A stretch of 64,000 nt of DNA from an uncultured Gammaproteobacteria bacterium. GTDB lineage: Bacteria > Patescibacteriota > Microgenomatia > Levybacterales > GWA1-39-11. This document shows, in pieces, positions 41,879 through 48,926 of this stretch; positions within the stretch are counted from its first letter, which is position 1, and every line of letters begins with the position of its first letter. The notes under the pieces were generated by a model. It saw nothing but the letters and a program-made list of their open reading frames with translations, did not search any database and had not been told where the DNA came from. Both the position numbers and the translations under genes were made by a program. Location: positions 117,299 to 181,298 of the forward strand of contig CAYMYC010000001.1 of assembly GCA_964394645.1 (NCBI GenBank), given 5' to 3'.

Positions 41879-43447
41879 TTACGGGATGTAGTATAGTGGT
41901 AGTACGCTGCGCTGGGGGTGCAGTAGTCCGCGTTCGATTCGCGGCATCCCGACACTGAGAGAAGAGCCGGCGGAAAGCTCCGCCGGTGAAAGTCCCGCAA
42001 TCGCGGGACGGATTGAGTCAAAGCCCTTTTTAAAATTGGCGTAAACACAGCCATCCTCTAAAAAGAAGTTCGAGCCGACATGTTTTGCTAGATTTGCCAA
42101 ATCTAGTTGGTTATTTTTTGCGCGCGCTATTTTGTCGCATGACGATGCGACATTTATGAATTCCCTAAGAGGTTCGAGCGAGCGAGAACCTCCCTCCTCC
42201 AAAACCTCTATCTTTTCCTGAATTTTTATCTTTTCTTCAAAGAGTTCATTCTTCTTTCTCTTGTAGTTATCGCCCTCAATGTCCCCCTCAAGATAACTAT
42301 CAAGAAGAATGTCCATCTTCTTATCGAGAGACGAAGCTTCCTCTTTTAATTTTCTCATCCTTACATCCGATAAGCCTTTTTCGGATATTTCATCCCTTTC
42401 TACTAACCCCAGCCACCGGTCGCGCCATGAGGTAGGGATGGAAACGGATAAAACAATTTTTCTTAATTGGTCTTCAAGTTCTTGGGCAGTCACCATTTTT
42501 TGGGAACACGGACCCATCTTTTTGGTACAGCGGTAATAAATATAAGTTGCCGAACGGTTAGTCCCTTTATAAAACTTTACATGCCTTTCGGCAGTTACGG
42601 AAGCACCGCACTCTTTACAGCGAAGAAGACCCAAAAACGTAAAGACCGGAAGCTTACTATTTTGCCTAACTTTTCTATTTAACTTTTCCTGGACTTTATT
42701 GAACAACTCTTTAGAGATGAAAGTCTTGTGGGTCCCGAGATGATACTCGCCGTTGTATTTTAAAATGCCGATGTAGAATTTGTTGGACAATATCTTTCTG
42801 ACTTGGTTAAGGTGTAAAGGCTTTCCGTTTTCCTTTTTTATCCCCAATTTTAAAAAGTAATTTGAAATATCCGTAAAGGTTTTATCCTGTTCGCAAAACA
42901 ACTCAAATGCCCCTTTTATGGCCCGAGCTTCGTTTGGGACTATATCAATGCCTCGAGTCTTCGGGTTGTTGGAATAACCATAGGTAGTCTTCCCAGGCCA
43001 GACGCCATTTCGTATCTTTTGCCGAAGCCCCCTTTTAACATTCTCGCTAAGATTGTCGATGTAATATTTGCTTTGGCCGAAGGCGATATTTAACATGAAC
43101 TTTCCCTGTGGAGTGTTATCAAACCAAAATGTAGGAAACTTTAAATCCTTTAATTTTCCGGTATCAAGCAAATAGATGATCTTGCCCCCGTCAATAGAAT
43201 TTCTTGCAAGTCTGTCCGGATGCCAAGCAAGAATACCACCGGCTCTGCCTCTTTCGATAAGTTGCATGACTTTAGCAAATTTTTCCCGTCCTGGGGCTTT
43301 GGCGGTCTTTGCCTCTTCAATAACTTCGAGGATCTCAAGCTTCTCCCGTTTTGCGAACTCAAAAAGCTCAGCAATTTGCGCTTCAATGGATAAAACCTGC
43401 TTATCGGCTTCGTCTCTTGATTTACGGCAGTAAATTATGTATTTCAT
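41879..43447 (-). CDS. Large serine recombinase (integrase-type) whose C-terminus is read antisense through tRNA-Pro
   Basis: YCRKS catalytic Ser, DRLARN, recombinase domain, CKECG...YYRC...C zinc ribbon, coiled coil; stop codon at 41879-41881. Confidence 0.95.
   Translation of the reverse strand: MKYIIYCRKSRDEADKQVLSIEAQIAELFEFAKREKLEILEVIEEAKTAKAPGREKFAKVMQLIERGRAGGILAWHPDRLARNSIDGGKIIYLLDTGKLKDLKFPTFWFDNTPQGKFMLNIAFGQSKYYIDNLSENVKRGLRQKIRNGVWPGKTTYGYSNNPKTRGIDIVPNEARAIKGAFELFCEQDKTFTDISNYFLKLGIKKENGKPLHLNQVRKILSNKFYIGILKYNGEYHLGTHKTFISKELFNKVQEKLNRKVRQNSKLPVFTFLGLLRCKECGASVTAERHVKFYKGTNRSATYIYYRCTKKMGPCSQKMVTAQELEDQLRKIVLSVSIPTSWRDRWLGLVERDEISEKGLSDVRMRKLKEEASSLDKKMDILLDSYLEGDIEGDNYKRKKNELFEEKIKIQEKIEVLEEGGSRSLEPLREFINVASSCDKIARAKNNQLDLANLAKHVGSNFFLEDGCVYANFKKGFDSIRPAIAGLSPAELSAGSSLSVGMPRIERGLLHPQRSVLPLYYIP
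41882..41952 (+). tRNA. tRNA-Pro (anticodon GGG), CCA not encoded
   Basis: Cloverleaf: acceptor CGGGATG/CATCCCG, D arm GTAT/GTAC, anticodon stem CTGCG/TGCAG with loop CTGGGGG, T arm CCGCG-TTCGATT-CGCGG; upstream TGnTAAAAT. Confidence 0.96.
41950..42049 (+). repeat. Arm A (left end, attL-like); inverted repeat of 43491-43590
   Basis: 99/100 reverse-complement identity, mismatch at 42032/43508. Confidence 0.97.
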
Positions 43448-43780
43448 GGCAGTTAAAATTTTCGCGTTTATCTCCTCTTCTTTTTTGGCTTGTGTTTACG
43501 CCAATTTCAAAAAGGGCTTTGACTCAATCCGTCCCGCGATTGCGGGACTTTCACCGGCGGAGCTTTCCGCCGGCTCTTCTCTCAGTGTCGAGATCTATGA
43601 AAAAGTTAGAACTCTTCTTTGTTAGCTCGGCCGCTTCGCGGCCTCGCCAAAACATGTCGGCTCGAATTTGAAACGCGAAAATTTTTTTCAATTTAAAATG
43701 GCCGCTCTGGTTGAACACAACAGGATCTCTCCAATTGTCCAAAGCGGCCATCAAAAAAGAGATCCAAAAATGTTGTGTTC
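43448..43780 (-). ncRNA. Putative ~335-nt structured leader/ncRNA upstream of the recombinase
   Basis: Bounded by a predicted promoter and the recombinase ATG; contains several perfect stems and the attP copy; no expression evidence. Confidence 0.4.
43491..43647 (-). repeat. Internal inverted copy of the predicted attP junction (arm A'-GTCG-arm B)
   Basis: 43491-43590 is the reverse complement of 41950-42049; 43587-43647 is the reverse complement of 48927-48987; the two overlap at GTCG 43587-43590. Confidence 0.95.
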
Positions 43781-43786
43781 GATTTT

Positions 43787-43814
43787 AATATACCAGTTTC
43801 ACGAGTTTAATCAA
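43787..43814 (-). promoter_or_regulatory. Putative sigma70 promoter for the leader and recombinase
   Basis: Minus strand TTGATT-16 nt-TATATT with TGn extension. Confidence 0.5.
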
Positions 43815-43844
43815 CTAAGAGTATCTATAACAAATATATAGTTT

Positions 43845-43853
43845 TGCTACAAT
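43845..43853 (+). promoter_or_regulatory. Putative extended -10 promoter for the ABC transporter
   Basis: TGcTACAAT 24 nt upstream of ATG 43877, divergent from the recombinase promoter. Confidence 0.45.
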
Positions 43854-43876
43854 TAAAAAAGATGTGAACATCTAGT

Positions 43877-45691
43877 ATGAAATTTCCCATTAAGAAATTG
43901 TCCGAGTTTAGAACAACTATTAAATCATCAAAGAGATTGCTGGGGTTACTTTGGAACATTGATAAATGGCTATTTACAGGAAATTTGATTTCAGTAAGTG
44001 TTCCAGCAATTATTCCTTTTGTTAACGCTTATATCTATAAGCTTATTATTGATTTAATTATTGCGGGAGTCGGTAGTACTGACTTTGACTATCAGCAACT
44101 TTTTTGGCTTATAGCCATGAGAGTAGGCACACTTTTTATACAAGATGCTGCTTTTTCTGCACAAAACTATTTTGAAATGCTTCTTTGGACGAAATTTCCT
44201 GTGCATCTTTATCAAGCTGTTCTTACAAAACTATCAGATTTAGATGTTCAATACTTTGAAGATAGTTCTTTTAAAGATAGATTGGAAAAGGTAAGAGAGG
44301 CATATGCATGGAGGCCGTTAAATATGCTCTCACATCTGTTCTACAGCTTCCAAGGCGTATTACAAGTTTTAATTGCACTAGTTGCAATAGCAACCCTTAA
44401 TTGGTTTTTAATCTTTTTAATCCTTCTTGTGGCTATCCCAACATTTGTGAATCAAACTCACTACGCAAAAATCACTTGGGGTGTATGGCAGGATAACTCT
44501 CCCTATAGAAAGAAGTTTTGGTACTTATCAGATTTAATTCAGGGGGGACAAAGTGTGAAAGAGATAAAAATTTTTCAAATGGCCCCAAAGTTTTTGTCTG
44601 AACTGACTAACATCTATAACAAGTTTGTTAAAGACAATGCAAAAGTAGCTAAAAAGCAACTTCGTACAAATATCTTATTTAACATGCTTGGTACGGGTGT
44701 ATATATTGGAATTGAGATCTTTATTATTCTTGCTGCCGTTGCAAAGAGGATTTCTATAGGGGATATAACCTACTTTACAGCTGTAGTTAGTAATTTCCAA
44801 AATGGAGTCAATGGATTATTCCGTAATACTTCTCAATTGTTTGACCAAAGTCTTTATGTTCAGGAGATGTTTGAAGTTTTAGATATTAAGTCAAAAATAA
44901 CCCAACCTGCTAATGCTGTAAAAATAGACATACATGAAGGACCTAAAATTGAGTTCAGAAATGTAAGTTTTATTTATCCCGGGGCCGGAGAAAAAATCCT
45001 CAATGATTTTTCCCTGACAATTGAACCGGGTCAGAAGATTGCGTTTGTTGGAGAAAATGGCGCTGGTAAAACAACAATTGTGAAATTATTAGCCCGATTT
45101 TATGATGTAAACGAAGGGGAAATCTTAGTAAATGGCATTAACCTTAAAGAACTTGATTTACCAACTTGGTATAAAACTTTAGGGGTTCTCTTTCAAGACT
45201 TTATTAGGTATGAGTACCCATTTCACGAGAATATATACTTTGGAAAGATTTTTGAGCCTGAAAATATTGAGGAAATTAAGCATGCTGCAAAATTGGCAGG
45301 AGCAGATACCGTAGCTTCACAGTTACCTAAGGGCTACGACCAAATGCTTGGAAAGACTTTTGAGGGAGGGATTGATTTATCTGCAGGCCAATGGCAAAAA
45401 GTGGCGCTAGCAAGAGGTTTTCTACGAGATGCCCCTATTCTAATATTAGATGAGCCAACGGCAGCAATTGACGCGAAAGCGGAAGCAGAGATATTTGATA
45501 GGGTGGAAAGGTTATCTAAAGATAAAACTGTAATTATAATTTCCCATAGATTTTCTACCGTAAGAAATGCCGATAAGATTTACGTGATAGAGAAAGGTAA
45601 AATAAAAGAAGATGGCAGCCACGAACAGCTTATGAGGGAAAATGGAACTTATGCAACCCTATTTAACCTTCAAGCAAAAGGTTATAAATAA
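43877..45691 (+). CDS. ABC exporter, fused TMD-NBD
   Basis: N-terminal TM helices, GENGAGKT, LSAGQWQ, ILDEPT, SHR. Confidence 0.95.
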   Translation: MKFPIKKLSEFRTTIKSSKRLLGLLWNIDKWLFTGNLISVSVPAIIPFVNAYIYKLIIDLIIAGVGSTDFDYQQLFWLIAMRVGTLFIQDAAFSAQNYFEMLLWTKFPVHLYQAVLTKLSDLDVQYFEDSSFKDRLEKVREAYAWRPLNMLSHLFYSFQGVLQVLIALVAIATLNWFLIFLILLVAIPTFVNQTHYAKITWGVWQDNSPYRKKFWYLSDLIQGGQSVKEIKIFQMAPKFLSELTNIYNKFVKDNAKVAKKQLRTNILFNMLGTGVYIGIEIFIILAAVAKRISIGDITYFTAVVSNFQNGVNGLFRNTSQLFDQSLYVQEMFEVLDIKSKITQPANAVKIDIHEGPKIEFRNVSFIYPGAGEKILNDFSLTIEPGQKIAFVGENGAGKTTIVKLLARFYDVNEGEILVNGINLKELDLPTWYKTLGVLFQDFIRYEYPFHENIYFGKIFEPENIEEIKHAAKLAGADTVASQLPKGYDQMLGKTFEGGIDLSAGQWQKVALARGFLRDAPILILDEPTAAIDAKAEAEIFDRVERLSKDKTVIIISHRFSTVRNADKIYVIEKGKIKEDGSHEQLMRENGTYATLFNLQAKGYK

Positions 45692-45735
45692 ACTTTTTTT
45701 CCCAAAAGACAATTAACCCATCGAGTGGCGGCACA

Positions 45736-46275
45736 CTATTTTCTATTTCTTGAGGCATATCGACGAAGAGATTCACTACCGACAAGGGCACCCATGAAGC
45801 TTACTGATGCTAGAAAGGATGCTGCAGCTCTATTGTGAGAATCTTTCCCAACCTCTTTACTATCATCTTTCTTAAGATCCTCCTCCAGATACTTTAATAC
45901 CATGTCTCTTTTTTCCTCTACTGGAAGTTCTTCGAAGCCATCTAGTTTTTCTTTGTTCTCTTCGTAGAAGTCCTTTACTTGATCTGGTATCGCTTGCTCT
46001 AATCCTTCAAAAGTAAACCCTTGCAAAGGGAGGGGGTCAACATCGTCAACTTGATCTTTGATTTTAGCTTCATTTCTTGCGTCTCCATATGCTACTGAAT
46101 CGTAAGTAACTGATGGAAGGAATGTTGCCATAGATGCAAGACCCGCTATACCCATTGCCGCATTTAGACCCTTCCACCCACGATGCTCATTTCTTGGGGA
46201 TTGTTCCCTCAACGTGTCTTCTTGACCCAACTGATCTTGCTGTTCTTCTTCCATATAGTAAAGTGAGTTTAACAA
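45736..46275 (-). CDS. Hypothetical acidic protein with two hydrophobic segments
   Basis: 179-aa ORF filling the gap; no family recognised. Confidence 0.65.
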   Translation of the reverse strand: MLNSLYYMEEEQQDQLGQEDTLREQSPRNEHRGWKGLNAAMGIAGLASMATFLPSVTYDSVAYGDARNEAKIKDQVDDVDPLPLQGFTFEGLEQAIPDQVKDFYEENKEKLDGFEELPVEEKRDMVLKYLEEDLKKDDSKEVGKDSHNRAAASFLASVSFMGALVGSESLRRYASRNRK

Positions 46276-46378
46276 CTCTCAAATTTTCTGTCAAATTTGT
46301 GTAACCCATCAAAAAGGCTGACTGAGTTGGATAAATAGACTTTTGACTTTTAAATTAGCAGTGTGATTCAATAGGTTA

Positions 46379-47068
46379 ATGGATGGTGACATAGAAAGTT
46401 CTCCTCAATCGGTGATTACATCACTTGATGTCAGCGAAAATAAAGCCAACTTCATGCATGAAGACCAAAAAGAAGCACCCGAAGCTCCAGAGTTTGGTAT
46501 TAAACTCTCTCCTGGTATACGATTGTTTCATGGAAGGTCGTCAACCGAAGACATTGATATCTGGCCCCTTCCGGTCGCCAAAAGAACGGTCAATGGTCTT
46601 GGGTTTTATTGCACAACCGACCCAGCAATTGCAAATCCATACGCTAAGATAGATCTAAGAAATGAATCTGCCGCCCGGGTTTATCCTCTTACACCGAAAG
46701 AAGAATTAACGCTTTTTAACGGTTTTATAAAAGATAAAGGTACTTTTTCAAAATATCTAGCAGAGAAAATTTTTGATGAAAATGATGAGAGAAAAGAAAA
46801 GTTTTTAGAAGAGATTAGAAGACTTAGGGAGATGAATAAAGATGGATTCGTTTTCAGCGATAATGTATTAGGAGTAATTCTGTCTTTCGTTGATGAGGAA
46901 AAAGCAAAAGATCTTGAGGAAAAGAAAATTCTTGAAAATGAAGTTCTGAAAAAGGTAGGTTATGATGGTAAAGGATGCGAGGAAAACGGTGTTATGGATG
47001 ATACAATTCTGATTTTTGATCCTGGAAAATTAGAAACGGAATTTAATGCAGAGCAAAAAGCCGCATAG
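46379..47068 (+). CDS. Putative ADP-ribosyltransferase-fold protein (ART-PolyVal-like)
   Basis: RLFHGRS...GLGFYCT...A..YA and GYDG...LIFDP, matching by eye the H-Y type ART pattern; upstream TTGACT/-10-like promoter. Confidence 0.55.
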   Translation: MDGDIESSPQSVITSLDVSENKANFMHEDQKEAPEAPEFGIKLSPGIRLFHGRSSTEDIDIWPLPVAKRTVNGLGFYCTTDPAIANPYAKIDLRNESAARVYPLTPKEELTLFNGFIKDKGTFSKYLAEKIFDENDERKEKFLEEIRRLREMNKDGFVFSDNVLGVILSFVDEEKAKDLEEKKILENEVLKKVGYDGKGCEENGVMDDTILIFDPGKLETEFNAEQKAA

Positions 47069-47122
47069 CAATCATAGAGTGAATTCCACTAAAATAGATT
47101 CATTAGATCGAGAAGTAAATAT

Positions 47123-47506
47123 ATGGAAAAACGAATTGGCACAGTAGGATTCATTGTTAATAACAATAAAGTTTTGTTAGCACATATTCAATACCCAGAG
47201 GGCAAAAAATTATGGAATGGGATCGGAGGATTTGTTAATAAAGGAGAAAAACTTGAGGACGCCTTAATAAGAGAAATCAGCGAAGAAACATATATACAAG
47301 TTAGCAAAGACGAAGTGCGTTTGGTGAAAGAATTGGACGAGGATATCAGACTTTTAATTTTTAAAATTAATAACTGGAAAGGAGAACTTAAAATTAAAGA
47401 CTCATCAATTAAGGAGTTAAGGTGGTTTAAATTTGATGAAATTCCATTTTCAGAAATGCATGATGGAAATGAAAAGTGGCTACCTGACTTATTAAAAACA
47501 CCATAG
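47123..47506 (+). CDS. NUDIX hydrolase
   Basis: Nudix box GGFVNKGEKLEDALIREISEET. Confidence 0.93.
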   Translation: MEKRIGTVGFIVNNNKVLLAHIQYPEGKKLWNGIGGFVNKGEKLEDALIREISEETYIQVSKDEVRLVKELDEDIRLLIFKINNWKGELKIKDSSIKELRWFKFDEIPFSEMHDGNEKWLPDLLKTP

Positions 47507-47540
47507 TTACATTGTAATTTCGTATACTAATATTAATACA

Positions 47541-48338
47541 ATGAAAATTCATTTTATTGGATTATCATGTTTTCTTATTGAAAATGCCGCTGGCTTTCGA
47601 ATACTAGTTGATCCTTTTGAGGATAACCCCGAGTGGACGTTGGGTCCTATATTTCCAAAGGAATTTAGCAGTAAACCCTTTGGAACAAATATTGTATTGA
47701 TGTCTGAAACTGATGCTGATCATGCAAGGGCTCCACATGAATGGCAACAAAATGCACCTATTGTAAAGCCTGACAATAATCCTTTTCCAAATTTAAATTT
47801 GAGTGGTACATTAGTGCATGAATGGAATGGTGAAGCTTGCATTGCCTGGCATTATACTATTGATGGTATACGGCTTGCTCATTTTTCAGACCATGCTCAC
47901 CCGTTGACCGTAGAACAACTTACAGAAATAGGAAATCCCGATATTATCTTTTACCCACTTCCAAAAGTATCGTGGGACGATCAAGAAGCGTTTAATATCA
48001 TAAGAGAAGATATTAGCAAGCTCAAACCAAAAATTGTAATTTGGGCACATTTTATAGCACCTAAAAATATGCCTTCAGTGGATGATAAAGAAGCGCTCAG
48101 ATCATATTTTATCCAATATTTTAAAGACAACGCATCGACTAACTTGGGATACAAAGGTGAAGACAGTTTTATGGAATTAGGAAATATGATATACAGTGGT
48201 TTCAAACTCACAAATGAATTAAACGGAAAGATAATGGAAGCACCTACGCTGGAGCTTGACCAAACAACAGTTGATGCTTTTCAGCAACCAACTCCATTTT
48301 TCTTCACCAGTATGCTTGCTACTTCAAAAACTGAATAA
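47541..48338 (+). CDS. MBL-fold protein with a degenerate metal motif
   Basis: GLSCFLIE...ILVDPF, SETDADH in place of SHxHxDH, AHFSD, IWAH. Confidence 0.7.
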   Translation: MKIHFIGLSCFLIENAAGFRILVDPFEDNPEWTLGPIFPKEFSSKPFGTNIVLMSETDADHARAPHEWQQNAPIVKPDNNPFPNLNLSGTLVHEWNGEACIAWHYTIDGIRLAHFSDHAHPLTVEQLTEIGNPDIIFYPLPKVSWDDQEAFNIIREDISKLKPKIVIWAHFIAPKNMPSVDDKEALRSYFIQYFKDNASTNLGYKGEDSFMELGNMIYSGFKLTNELNGKIMEAPTLELDQTTVDAFQQPTPFFFTSMLATSKTE

Positions 48339-48339
48339 T

Positions 48340-48926
48340 ATCAAAACAAGTCATAAGCCTGTGGTGATCCACATCGGTTTTTTGGATTTTTCTTTTCTTG
48401 GGCGGCATCCACCGCCCCCGCCCGCATGGAATTGCGCCCTAAAAAGAGAAAAATACTTTACTGGTAGCCAATGAATTAGTAGGAACTATACAAAGTATTT
48501 TTCTCCCACACGAGCCCCGCGAGAATTTGTCTTGTTAAAAGAGAACGCGGGGCGAGTCAGTAGGTGTCTTCTTAATGGTTTTAAACAGGAAGGGACTAAA
48601 TAAAAGTCGGCGGGGGCGAATAAGCGGACACCCCTCCGACGGCGCTTCCTTTTTAAATGGAAATAATTTTTCGGAAGAGACTGTATTAAGGTTTTAGAAC
48701 TGGCAAAACTTTGGCGAGTTGCGCCTTAGTGCAACCTGCGCCCAAAGGAAGGGGTCGCCGCCACAATATCTTGGGTGGGTTGGGTTTTGTAGGATAAGAC
48801 TCACGGTTTGTTTTATATTCTTTTTTAAAGGGAGTACAATAATCCAATATTTATAATTTGTCCGCGTAGGGAGGGATTTTGGGACAATGACAATTTCTTT
48901 TTTCTTCGCGCGCAAAAAATAACCTA
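48340..48926. other. ~590-nt GC-rich, hairpin-dense non-coding tract
   Basis: Stems such as GAGAAAAATACTTT/AAAGTATTTTTCTC (48446-48505), GCCCCGCG/CGCGGGGC (48514-48553) and GGGCGG/CCGCCC (48400-48417); no credible ORF. Confidence 0.7.

Noticed and set aside
43437-43625. 62-aa ORF resembling the recombinase C-terminus
   Set aside because: It is the reading frame of the internal attP copy and overlaps the recombinase start on the other strand. It is treated as an alternative tail, not an independent gene.
43491-43647. Assembly or MDA inversion chimera as the explanation for the repeats
   Set aside because: Disfavoured, though not excluded without reads. The copy has a mismatch, fuses two ends 7 kb apart precisely at the core, and comes with independent in-register pairings.
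48340-48926. CRISPR array or integron attC array
   Set aside because: The hairpins are not repeats of one unit, there are no regular spacers, and no cas or intI gene is present.
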